Assembly: GCA_013239625.1 (NCBI GenBank)
Contig: MU053994.1
Coordinates: forward strand, 4,569,434-4,633,433
DNA: 64,000 nt
Direction: 5' to 3'
Source: Lama guanicoe
Taxonomy: Eukaryota
Made by a program: the position numbers and the translations under genes. The notes below the pieces were generated by a model. That model was not told the DNA's origin, ran no database searches, and saw only the letters and a program-made list of their open reading frames with translations. Positions 26,641-38,734 of this stretch are shown piece by piece (position 1 is the first letter of the stretch; the number at the start of each line of letters is the position of its first letter).

Positions 26641-28909
26641 TCTTGAATATTTCTCAAATAACTCAAGTACATAATTAGAATAGAACTTGTAAAGTGAATA
26701 TACTTGTTTCCAGCAATAAAGGATTAGCTGATCTCAGACTAAATCTCCTAGTGAAAACAAGGACAAAAGTTGCAATACAAAAATAATTGTTTGAAGACAC
26801 TGAAGAATTCAAAGGGCCAGGATTCCAGAGAGAATGGAAATACATTGAGATAATCAATGTGTTAACATCATACATGCCATCCTCCCTTGAGGCAATTAAA
26901 AAATGCATGAAGCATGATTCTGGGGAACCTAGAAGAAAGCGACCGCTAAGAGGATGAAATCCAGAGATCAAGGCTCACCATGAAATTTATCTGATGATCC
27001 AGAATGGCTATACCCTAAGAATAAGAGCAAAATGGAAATAGAGCGTTTTCAGTTAGAACTATGTGATTCCCCTAACCCTATCTTTTATTGTAAGAAAATT
27101 AATCTTCTTCAGAGGAAAATAATATTATCCTGAGCCTCTGTAAGTCTTTATACACAATGACTCATATTCAATCAAAAATTAAAATTCATGACAAGAATTG
27201 GAACAAAATGATCAAAAATCAAGAGAAATAGAGACGATTAGAGACACAGATGATCCAGAAACTGGAGTTATCAGACATGAATTTTTAAAACTTTACAAAT
27301 ATGATTAAGTCATTCAAGAAAAAAAAAGAGAAAGTAGACATTTCTCTCCAGAGAACTAGAATATATTTGAAAAATCAGATGGAAATTCTAAAATAGAGAG
27401 TACAATAACGTGAAATTAAACACTGACTGAATATAATCAACAGCACATTAGCACAAAGAACAGTGTTCTAAATAGTAAGTTTGTTGGTGGAAAATATACA
27501 CAATACAATACAGAGAGAGAATATAAGAAATGAGAAGACAGCATAAGAGATATGAGACATGGGAAAAGGTCTATCATATGTATAATTTATATTTTTGGCA
27601 AGACTGGAAAGATGGAGTAGACGTACTATTTGAAAACATACATCTCTATAAGTTTCCCAAACTATATTATCAAGAAGCTTCATGAATCCAAACTGTGTAA
27701 TTACATGCAGACGTAAAATCATTAAAATTATGACAACAAAAGAAAAAGAAAAAATTTTAAAGCAGAGAAAAATAACATATTACTGCCAAAGGAAGAACAA
27801 TATGACTATATGATTAACAGTCAAATTGTCACCAGGTACAGTGGAACGTAGAAAATAGTGCAATAATATACTTGAAATGCTGAAACAAAAGAACTACTGA
27901 GTTAGAAATGAGGGAAAATATTCTTCAAAAATAAAAAGGAAATACATCATTTTCAAGCAAAGAGAACATTTTCGGACTCATTAAAGAAACACTATAGGAA
28001 GAAGGAAGAAAGAAGAAAAATGTTCTGAGTTGAAATCAGAGTAATGCAAGTAGGCATAAAGAGCCACTAAAAACGATAAGTATGTGCATGAATTGACTGT
28101 TTCAAACAATAATCCTATTAGTCTATGGGGTTTACAATATAGAGAGAATTAAAATACATCACACTAGGCAAAAGCAGAAAGGCAGTAAATGGAGTTAAAA
28201 TGTTATAAGATCCTTGCACTGCTCAGAGAGTGATAAAAGATCTACCTTAGGTTAGAATCAAGTAAGTCTAGGATGTATTTGTAATACCTAGGTTAAAAAT
28301 TACAAGAATAATAATACAATGAAAAATTCACAGTGAAAACTGAATATTAAAAAAAAAACGTGATTAATTCTCCCCCAAAAAAGGGAAAATGTCAAGATCA
28401 AGGGAAAATGAGGTGAGAAGGAAAATAAGAAATAGTGTATTTAAAGATAAATGTATCATTGCTTGAACTAAATAACATTAGGCCAAACAGTCAAGGTTGA
28501 AGACTAAGATTGTCAGACTAAATTTAAAAAACACACATATATATACACAAAATCTTTTTGCTGTTTACAAGAGGCATGCCTAAAATATAAGTGTATCAAA
28601 AATTTTAGAGATAAAGGGTGACAAAAATTTTACTGAATTATTACTAGGGAAAAAGAGGAATAATTCAAATTTGGAAACTCAACTCAGTATGATATAACAA
28701 TAAAAATGTTTATGTGCCTAATATAGCCCCAAAATATTCAAAGCAAACAATGATAGACTAACAAGGAATAATAAATAATCCAAGAACAGCTGTTGAAGAT
28801 TTCAGCACACCTCTTTCAGTGGATAGAGCCAGTAAACTAAAATCAGTAAGGTTACAGTAGTTTTGAATAACACAATTTAAAAGTTTAATTTAATTGAAAT
28901 ATTTAGATA

Positions 28910-30940
28910 TAGGCATCTACAAAAAAAATCCACAGCTAACATTTTACTTAATGGTGAATGGTTGACAGCGTTCCCCTTAAAATCACAAATAAGACAAGGA
29001 CATGCCTTCTCAACATTTGTACTCAAAATTGTGCTGGAGATTCTAGACAGGATAACTAGCCAAGAGAAAGAAAGAAAAAGCATCCAGATTGGTAAGGAAA
29101 AACTTAAATAATCTCTATTCACAGATGATATTATCCTGTATACAAAGAGCCCTAAGGAATCCACAAAAAACCTATTAGAACTAATAAACAAGTTCAGCAA
29201 GGTTACAGAATACAATATCCAGTATAAAAATCAGTTGTGTTTGTATACACTAGCAACAAATAATAACAAAAAATAATAAAGAAAATAATTCCACTTATAA
29301 TAGCATGAAAATAATAAAAAATGTTTAGGAATAAATTTAATAAAAGAAGTACAAATCTTACACACTGAAAACTATAAAACATCAATGCTAGAAATTTAAA
29401 AGACCTACAAAAATGGGAAAATACCATGTTCACAGATTTAATATTGTTAAGATGAAAATATTCCTCAAATTGACCTATTTATTCCATGCACTATCAAAAT
29501 CTCAATGGCCTTTTTTGCAGTAATCGACAAGATGATCCTAAAAGGTATATGGAAATTCAAGGGACCCCAAAAGCCAAAACAATCTTGAAAAAGAAGAACA
29601 AAGTTGGAGGACTCAGACTTTGTGATTTTTAAACTTATTATAAAGCTACAGCATCAAGACAGTTTGGTACTATCAAAAGGACAGACTTATAGATCGAAGG
29701 ACTCAAATCAAGAGTCAAGAAATAGACACCCACAGTTATGGCCAATTGATCTTTGATACTGGTGTCAAGACAATTAAATGGGGAAAAATAAGTTTTTTCT
29801 GTAAATGCTGCTGGTACAACCAGATATCGACATGCAAAAGAATGAAGTTTGATCCCTACTTACACCATATAGAAAAATAAACTCAGAATATGTAAAGGTT
29901 TAATTGTAAGAACTTAAATTATAAAACTCTTAGAAGAAAATATAGGTGTAAATTTACTTGGATTAGGTAATGGTTTCTTATATGTGACATCAAAAGCACA
30001 AGCAACAACAATAACAGAAGCAGATAAATTGGACTTCACTGAAATAATTTTCATGCTTTAAATGATTCTATTAAGAAAGTAAAAAGACAGCTAAGAGAAT
30101 GGTAGAAAATATTTTTCAATCACGTAAAGACTTGTATCCAGAATATATAAAGAACTCTTAAAACTAAAAAATAAAAAGACAAATAATCCAATTTAAAAAT
30201 TGGCAAAAGTTTTGAATGGATATTTCTCAAAAGGATATATACAGATGGCCAATAAGTACATAACAAGATGTTCAACATCATTAATCATTACAGAAATTCA
30301 AATCAAAACAATAAAATACCACTTTGTACATACTAGAATGCTCTAATCAAAATGTCAGACAGTAACATGTATTGATGAAGATATCAAGAGATTGGAACCC
30401 TCATACACCTGCTGCTAAGAATGCAAAATGAAAATGGTACAGCTGCTTTCAAATTGACAGCACATGTCCATACAAAAATGTGGACATTAATATCCATAGA
30501 AGGATTATTCGTAATAGCCAAAAAGTGTCCATCAATTTATACATAGATTTTTTAAAAGTGGTATAGCCATACAATAATATTATCCAGCTATAGAAAGGGA
30601 TGAAGTACTGATATATGCTAAAACATCTATGAACTTTGAAAATATTATTCTAAATGAAAGAAGTCAGATAAAAGCTGTGTGTTATATAATCCCACATTTA
30701 GGAAATACACAGAATAGGTAAATCCGTAGAGACAGAAAGTAGACTAGAGTTGTCCTGGGGCTAAAGGGAAGGAGAAATGAAAGGTAACTGCTAATGAGTT
30801 CAGGGTTTCTTTTTGGGGTGCTGAAAATATTGTATTAGATAGTGGTGATGGTTGCACAATTTTAGGAATATATGAGAAACTATTGAATTCTATCATTTAA
30901 AAGGGGAGATTTATGGTAAGTTCCATCTCAGTTTTTTAAA
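28910..30940 (+). mobile_element. 5'-truncated L1MB-like element (RT core to 3' UTR) nested in the older L1
   Basis: 'ctattcacagatgatattatcctgtat' (LFTDDIILY, a decayed FADD motif). 3' end 'gggtttctttttggggtgctgaaaatatt...gatagtggtgatggttgcacaa'. Confidence 0.85.
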
Positions 30941-32641
30941 ACAGCACAGCCCTATTTTTTGCAAAGAAAATGAACTTATAATTTAAAGCTTCTAATAGTC
31001 CAGATGGCTTGTCCAGTAAATTATCTTTAATATTTAAGGAAAAACAATACTAATTTCAACAAAAGAAAAAAATCTTCTTCCATAAACTAGAAAAGAAGGA
31101 GACACCTTCAGGTGGTTTTGTGAGGTCATGATAATCTTTGTACCAAAACCTGTAGGTACATTATTTAAAAGTTTAGTTAAAGGTAAAACTCTGTTATAGA
31201 AATTCTTTAAAAACCTAAAACAAAACATTTTCAAATAACATCCATCAAGATATAAAAAGGATAAAATGTCACAGATAAGTTAGTTTCTTTCAGGAACACA
31301 CAGTTGTTTTAACATTCAAAAATCAATTAATGTAATTCATCACATTATTAGGAAATAAAGGGAAAAAACTATATGACTATCGCAATGGATGCAAAAATTT
31401 TATTTGATAAAATTTAACATCCAAAGAAATAGGAATTTTAAACATCTGTTATAGGGTGATTATACAAAGACAAACCAAAAACAAACTGTTTAGTAAATAC
31501 CATAATTAATGGTATTGACTGCTTTCCTACCAAGATTGGGAATGAGGTAAAGTTACCCACTAAGATCAATTCTCACATGTATTAGAGATTCTCTTTAGTG
31601 AAATAAGGCAAATTTTTAAAAAGAAAGAAAAGAAGCAGGGTTATAAAGGGAGAAATAAAATTGTCATTATTCACAGACAACATGATTGTGCCATTGTAGT
31701 ACCTTAGGGAAAGAATGGTTTGAAACAATTGTACACTTACGTGGTAAACAACTCCAACCCCCTACCTCACAGTATAGATAAAATTTAATTCCATATAGAT
31801 CTTACATTGAAATGTGAAAAGTAAAATAAAAAGAAGAAGAGAACAAATGAGATTATCTTTAATGCCTTTGATGTTGGAAAGTATTTATAAGTGAGATACC
31901 AAAAAGCACAAACCATAAAAGTTTAATTAATTAGATTTTATGAAAATCAAGAACTTATGTTCAAAGAAAGAAACTACTAAGACATGAAAAATCAAGTCGC
32001 AGGAGATTCATCTAAACAGAGAACTCTTACTGAGAATATATAAAGGACTTCACAAATCCATAAGAAAATGCAGATAGCCCAATTAAAAACAAACCGGCCA
32101 AAGGCTACAAAGGACTTCACAAAAAATGATTTTCAAACGGCCACTGGCCAATCTCATGGTACATGACAGAAATACAAACTAAAAACACAATTCAGCACTG
32201 CTACATAATCACTAGAATAGCTAAATTAATAGGTTGACAATACCAAGTTTTGGCAAGGTTATGGAGAAACCAAAATATATAGCTCTCATATAGTTCTAGT
32301 GGGAGTATAAATTGGTAAAACCTTTTTGAAAAGCTGTTTGGCAGTCTCTAGCAAAGCTTAACACTTGCATACCCAGTCATTGAACTCCTAAGTATACACC
32401 CAATAGAAATGTGTACATTGTCTACCAAAAGTCACGTACAAAAGGCTTGAGAGCAGTGATTTGTAACAACTGAAAATGGAAAACAACCCAATTATTCCAT
32501 CAATTGTAGACTGGGTAAAGAAACTGTGATATAGGAATAAAACAGAATGAATCACTACCATAAAGAACAACATGGATGAATCTTGCGAACATAATACTGA
32601 GCGAAAGATGCCGACCCAAAAGAACATCTATTCTGTTGCTC

Positions 32642-32849
32642 CAGGCATGTGATAGAGTCAGTTTACTTTAGCTTGTGAAAGCTCATTGTGTGCAGTTCTT
32701 TTCATTCAGTGGTACCTTCTTGGTAGCTTAAAGTCAGCTGTGTTGGGAGTACTTATACCACAGAAACTGTCAAATGTTACGAAGTAGGTCTTCTCTTTCT
32801 CCTACCCCTGAGAGCTGGTTGTTAAATATTTACCAGCATATCATTGTAT
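32642..32849 (+). mobile_element. hAT-Tip100 non-autonomous element (Arthur1-like)
   Basis: End 'gagagctggttgttaaatatttaccagcatatcattg'. A related reverse-strand fragment lies at ~49540-49693. Confidence 0.65.
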
Positions 32850-33089
32850 TACTCTAAAACGGGATTAACTATTCTACAGTGAGATAATTCAGAATAGTGG
32901 TTACTTTGGGGGAGGGGTAATAACTGAGGGAGCATTATGGAAGTTTCTGGGGTGCTGGTAAAATTTTATTATTTATGTTATCTGTTGGTTATGTAGGTGT
33001 ATTCATAACATGAGTATGGCAAGCACTTACAATTGGTGCATTTCACCATATGTATATCATTAAAATATTTTTTAAAAATAAACATAATA

Positions 33090-33920
33090 AGATTTCCCAG
33101 TGCAAATCTCCTTATATTTCATATTTCTTTTAACGCCTTCACTATCTTTTCAGTACTTCTAGGATCGAAACCTCAGGAGCTTTTTACTTCCCATCTTCCC
33201 TTTCCTCCTTATCCGCAAACCTAACAATCATTTGCTAAACGCTATTACTCCCCTCTCTGAATTTCCTTTTCATGGCTCACTCATCATTCCCTTTTCCACT
33301 CCTAAAACACTTTTACAAGCCTGCATGACACTATGTGCATAAGCTATTACAATTATTTTTAAAACCATCTCCTTGCCCACACTCTTCCCCCTTGGCCTTT
33401 ATCCTTCTCACTGTTGTTAGATCAACCTATCTCTTCTGCTCAAAGTTTTTATGTCAATATAAAAAGGTGAATAGGTAAATATCGGCTATTTTGCATGGTA
33501 TTCAAGGTCTATCTCTCAATATTCCCTGTTACCCAACCAATACTCCAGCCTAATTTGTCTAGTCATTAACATAATATAAGAATTGCTTCAAGATTCATAT
33601 AACATTGGTGATTCTTTGAATTCCTTTCAGTCTAACGTATTTCAAGTTGTAGTAGGGCCAGAGGATTCTTTGCAAGCATTACATTTCTATTTACTTATGT
33701 CTTACTTTTTAAAATAAAAAATTTCATTTTAATTTAAATGATTACTATTCTCTGAATACATCCTTTGTTTTTTCATGTCTTTTCTCCCATGTAACACATC
33801 TTTCTCCCATCTCTGTCTATAAAAACTGTGGGTAACCTTCGAAACAAAATTAATTTCTTTATCCCTTCCAGGACATGGTGAGAGCACCTAGTAAGTACTC
33901 AATAAATACTGAGTTGAATA
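33090..33920 (+). mobile_element. L2 remnant interrupted by a 171-bp duplicated segment
   Basis: 'gcatggtattcaaggtc...tactccagcc' [insert] 'tactattctctgaatacatcc ... agtaagtactcaataaatactgagttgaat'. Confidence 0.6.
33556..33726 (+). repeat. Direct duplication, copy 1 (171 bp; partner 34488-34658)
   Basis: Ungapped manual alignment with ~17 mismatches (~90% identity), offset 932 bp. Confidence 0.95.
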
Positions 33921-34487
33921 TCTCACAGATAATAATCCATAAATCTACCCTCTCCTCCTGGAAAAAAATATCATTTACAGCATATGTAGATCTGGAAAGC
34001 TCCCTTGAGTTTAAAGGCTCAAGTTATGTTTGACAGCTTTGGTAAGGCAGGTGATGGAGGATAAGCTTGTGTCATTAGAGAGAGTGAAGTACTCATTATA
34101 TTTCATAGTATATGGAGCAACTCAGAATCACAGCCAGATGGCATAATGTTTTTCCATCTGGATGAGGACTAGTATAAGAAGCTAGCAAACTTATGAAGTT
34201 AGAAAAGATCCAGAAGGGACTTAAGTGATAAGTACACTATTCATTCCCAAGTATCTGAATCCCAAAGAATCACAGCTCTTAAAAAATGAGGAAGCCATTT
34301 TCAGAGAATTTTTACCAGAAAATACCTGCAAAGTAAATAAAAGACACAACAGATTTAACAAAGTTCTGACCCACTCACATAACTCAATGGCACGAGATAA
34401 CAGTATTTAACTTGGAATAATGTTCAAAGACACTTTTGATTTTATTTAGCACAAATCATCGCTCATCTCCAAGGAGAGAAGCACAGA

Positions 34488-34658
34488 TGTCCAGTCATTA
34501 GCATAACAGAAGAATTGCTTCAAGATTCACATAACATTGGTGATTCTTTGAATTCTATTCAGTGTAACATATTTCAAGTTGGAGTAGGGCCAGAGGATTC
34601 ATTCTGAGCATTACATTTCTATTTACTTATGCTTCACTTTTTAAAATAAAAAATTTCA
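34488..34658 (+). repeat. Direct duplication, copy 2 (probable donor)
   Basis: See copy 1. Its right end continues into an antisense old L1 3'-tail-like sequence ('aaatttcaaacctacag...cacctagattaaccaattattaatatttt'). Confidence 0.93.
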
Positions 34659-34811
34659 AACCTACAGGAGTCAAATGATTCATACAATGAATAGCTACAC
34701 GTGTTTCACCTAGATTAACCAATTATTAATATTTTACCACCTTCTGTTATTAATATTCAACTTGGTAGATGGAAAACAACAACAAAACACACATTTAAAA
34801 AAAAAGTCATA

Positions 34812-34979
34812 GGGGGAGGGTGTAGCTCAGTGGTAGAGCGCATGCTTAGCATGTATGAGGTTCTGCTGTCAATCCCCAGTACCTCCGTTAAAAACATAGG
34901 TAAATAAATATACCTAATTACCTCCCTCCTTCAAAAATAAATAAAATAAAAATAAAATAAACCTATTTTAAAAACTGTT
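34812..34979 (+). mobile_element. tRNA-Ala-derived SINE (camelid Vic-1-like)
   Basis: 'gggggagggtgtagctcagtggtagagcgcatgcttagcatg' (A box, AGC anticodon arm), mutated B box, 'cctaattacctccc' tail and an A-rich end. Confidence 0.88.
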
Positions 34980-35314
34980 AAAAAAGTAAGCATGCAAACA
35001 AAAAAGTTGAAAACAAAAACATTTTAATTAAAAAATACAAATAATTATAATTATGTACCCTATAACATGACAATACCAACAACTCTGGAATTTTATGAAG
35101 ACACACAATCATCAGTGATCCATGGCAGGGAATGGCTTTGAGCTTATACATTTTTTAAACTGTTCTGTAAACTGTCAGGTTTAAAAATACAACTTAGGAC
35201 ACGTACTGATTTCTTCCTCCAGCTCAGTACAGATTCATACACAATTAATGATGCAGCACAGTGGGAAACAAACAAAATGAACAACAACAACACACACAAA
35301 AACTGCACCACAAT

Positions 35315-35880
35315 TATTTATTTATACCCCAGATTGTCCCGCAAAGGATTTAAGGTTGCTTTCAGAAAGACATTCTGTACAAAAGTATACAAACAAACAC
35401 TTGAGGGGCTTGTATGATGGGAAAAAAATCACACAGAGGTAATATTGGAATTGCAGAGCATAGGGTCCTATAGGGTTACAACAATTTAGCTGTTTGCTTT
35501 TAGACGCCAAACAAAAAGTAAACATGATAATGAACATGACCCATGGAGTCCATAAGATAGAAAAAGCTAAGTTTTTCCTAGGCAACTTGCATGTGATATA
35601 TAAACCTGGGAGCAGTTTCTTCTGTAGGTCCTGATAAAGAGGCTACTGTGGGAAACAGTGGATGAAGTTCCTGACTGTGCTTTACGGTAAGATATGACAA
35701 TGAGTTTCATTTGGTTTCTGCCACTTCTCTCGGGCTCAGTCAATGGCTTAGTGCCCAGGTATTATTCAGTAAAAGCAGTTCCTTTACTGAATGGTTATTA
35801 GGCACTAAATAAAGCAACTCAAATCTCTGTCTCTGATAATCTTATAGCCTGACTCTAAAGTAACATTTAGAACATTAGAC
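35315..35880 (-). mobile_element. Possible ancient L4/RTE-X LINE remnant (similar one at ~11335-11750)
   Basis: 'ttatttataccccagattgtcccgcaaaggatttaaggttgcttt' resembles my recollection of the L4 3' end. Confidence 0.4.
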
Positions 35881-35929
35881 CAGGGATTGGGTTGGGGAAA
35901 GAAGGTAACAGGAGGTAGAAAGTTCACGA

Positions 35930-36091
35930 GGGGAGGTATAGCTCAAGTGGTAGAGTGCATGCTTAGCATGCACAAGGTCCTGGGTTCAATCCCCAGTATC
36001 TCCTCTAGAAAAATAAACCTAGTTACCTTCCCCCTAAGATAAAAAAAAGTAATACAATAATAAATAAGTAAAGTATTTTTTTTTAAAAAAA
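35930..36091 (+). mobile_element. tRNA-Ala-derived SINE (Vic-1-like) with 13-bp TSD
   Basis: A box 'tagctcaagtgg' and B box 'ggttcaatcc'. TSD agaaagttcacga (35917-35929) / aggaagttcatga (36092-36104). Confidence 0.92.
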
Positions 36092-36619
36092 AGGAAGTTC
36101 ATGAACAAGCTGCAAAGATTTTCCCGGCAAAAACATTGATTTTATGTCAAATTATATGCTGAAACATTCTAACTCTCCAAAGGAGTAGAATGCAAGAAAT
36201 GCTACCTTACCCAGTCAGGTTACATATAATCTTCACTCTCTTTGTAATAAAATATCAAGTAGAATACTTGATAAGAATTTAGGAAAACATAACTTGCTAT
36301 TACAATAATGCATCTATATTTGTGTACAATGGGCCAAGCTAAAGTTGGAAATTTTCTAAAGGAAAATCTTGTTTTGACCTTCACTACTGAATACGATGGG
36401 ACAAAGAGGCCTGGTACAGAGGTTCTTGACAATGAATGCATAAAGCCACAGAAACGAGTAAAGCACGTTGTTTCTCTCCTTTTGGAAAATATTCTGCATC
36501 CTGTGGATATTTTTAATCAGAAGGTTTAGTCTAAAACTATTAGACCTTCACTGAAAATTAGATTTACCACAATAAAGAGGTTTATTTTAAATTACACTAC
36601 CACAGTAGTTACCATATAA

Positions 36620-37500
36620 ATTCAATCATTCAATAAATATTTGTGGAATGCCTATTATACTAGGAACTAGTCTAGGTACTGGGAGTCAGCAGTGAACAAA
36701 ATAGTCAAAATTACTACCTTATATTCCGGTTAGGAAGAAAACAACAAACAAATATATGTCTGATGATAAATGCTATGAAGAAAAATAGATGAGGACAGAG
36801 AGAAGCCTAGACATGAGAGATGGCAGTCAAGCTCTTTCAGGATGACTGAGGAAAGGCTTGCCTCACAAGGCATATCTGAGCAGAGATCTAAAGGAAGTGA
36901 GGGAGTAGGCTAGATGGATGTTTGGAAGAAAGGTGATCCAGGAGAGGAAGCAGTCAGTGAAAAGTCCCTGAAGCAGGAGTGTGTTTGGTCTGTTGGAGGG
37001 GTTGCGAAAGAAGGCAACTGTGGCTGGAGCAGAGAGAATGAAGGGTGATAGGAGCTGAGGTCAGGGAGATAGCCAAGAACAGAGCTTCCAGGGCCTTGTC
37101 GCCCATGGCAGGACTTTGATTTTACATTAAGGGAAATAAGAAGCCTTTAGAAGGTTTGAACAGGGAATGGTATGATCTGACTTTTTTTTTTAAGGATCAC
37201 TCTGGCTTCTGTAAGGATAACACTAGATTGTACAGGGCAAGAATGGAAGCAGGAAAGCCAGTTAGTAGGAACCTACAATAATCTAGACAACAGATTACAG
37301 TGGCTTGCACCAACATGAGAGTAGTGGAAATGGTTTTAAAAAGGTGGTCAGACTCTGGATATATTTTAAGATAGATGTAATAGGATTTGCTGATTTTATA
37401 TAAGGTTTGGGGGAGAAGAGTCAAGCCAAGCTACTTGGTTTGAACAACCAGAAGAATGGAGTCATTTACCAACATGAGGAGACTGCTGCTAGAGGAGCAG
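36620..37500 (-). mobile_element. L2a-like 3' portion
   Basis: 'cattcaataaatatttgtggaatgcctattatac...gatcactctggct...gactctggatatattttaag'. Confidence 0.8.
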
Positions 37501-37544
37501 AGCTGGGGTTGGGCTGTGGGTGGGGACATGTCAAGTTCAAGGTC

Positions 37545-38206
37545 TGTCTCTTTCAGGGTTCTGGATGACAAAGATGGTACAGTTCAATTAGGTTAATTTG
37601 AGAAGCAGTATAGTAAGTGAACTATTTATAAAGGTATATAGGTAAAGAAGGCACAAAGGTTACTGCAGTAATCCCAGGCTAAAATTTGCTGGATTTTTTT
37701 TCATCCCCTATGCCTGACAGGGTAAAGAAACAGACAAGGTGTGTGGGACCGTGGAAAGGGCTGTGGAAGGGACTGAAATCTTTCTGAAGGATGCAGATAG
37801 TACTCAGCCACCCTGCAGGAAGGGAATCTGGAGAATAAATTCTCCAACCTCTTCTCCTTCCTGTTTATTCTTCTGTTGGTGTCCCCTATTGTCTAAACCC
37901 CACAGGAAGCCAGAGAACAAATGAGCCCTTTAATGTAGGTCAGAGCACTCAGCTTTCCATGTCATGGAGCAGGGTAAAGAAGGGGAGAGAATAAACAAGG
38001 TCCTACTATATAGCACAGGGAACGATATTCAATACCTTGTAACAGCCTATAATAAAAATTCAATAAAAAGGAATATATGTATATGTACAACTGGGTCACT
38101 ATGCTGTACACCAGAAATTAACACAACGTTGTAAACCAATTATACATCAATAAAAAAAAAGGGTAGAGAATAGATGGGGAGAGGCAAATGGAAGATATTC
38201 AATACA
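37545..38206 (-). mobile_element. Ancient solo LTR (same family as 717-1241), interrupted by a young L1 end
   Basis: Shares motifs with 717-1241 ('agatggtacagttcaattaggttaatttgag', 'cccctatgcctga', 'ggaagccagag'). Confidence 0.6.
37994..38158 (+). mobile_element. Short 5'-truncated young L1 3' end with poly(A) and 14-bp TSD
   Basis: 'aacaaggtcctactatatagcacagggaac...caataaaaaaaaa'. TSD aaggggagagaata (37980-37993) / aagggtagagaata (38159-38172). Confidence 0.92.
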
Positions 38207-38734
38207 TACAAGAGAAGATGTTGAGCTGATAATGACTGAGTATGTATCTTTTCAAGAGAAAGATGCCACACCCAGTTTAGGAAGATTTGGGTGAAGTATT
38301 GTGCCCTGGGACTGGTTGAACTGATACATGACTGAGTAGAAGGAGAATTCAGAAACAGCATCTCCAGCAAACTCTAGACTCTATTCACTCTACCAGTGAC
38401 TCTAGAAGCACTGAAGAAGTAGGTCATGGAATAACTGGCAGCTATGTTACATCTCAACAGTATGAGGCTGGATTAAAAGCACTGATGTCCTTCAGTGTGG
38501 GAAGCTCCTGATGAGACCACCAAAGAAAATTTCTTCTTTTGTGACGCCTTGTGAAAACTTCACTTTTTAAAGTATGATGACATACTGACAAAATTTCTTT
38601 GCCAACAACAACAAAACGTTGATGCTCTGTGGATAGACAGAGCTGACTGAATGCTTTGGCAACACTTCCGGTTATGCTTCTCTGATGAAAAAGAACTCCA
38701 TGCTAACCCCCGACTTACTGCTTTTTGTTTTTTA

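Larger units (their letters stand above)
26700..33080 (+). mobile_element. Very old L1 (L1ME-like: 5' region, ORF1, ORF2 remnants, 3' end) with nested L1MB-like and hAT insertions
   Basis: A-rich ORF1-like sequence at ~27200-28000. EN-like 'gttgaagatttcagcacacctctttcag'. 3' end 'gtttctggggtgctggtaaaattt'. Confidence 0.7.

Noticed and set aside
34812..36010. tRNA-Ala genes
   Set aside because: SINE tails, A-rich ends, a TSD on one copy and disrupted tRNA structure indicate SINEs.
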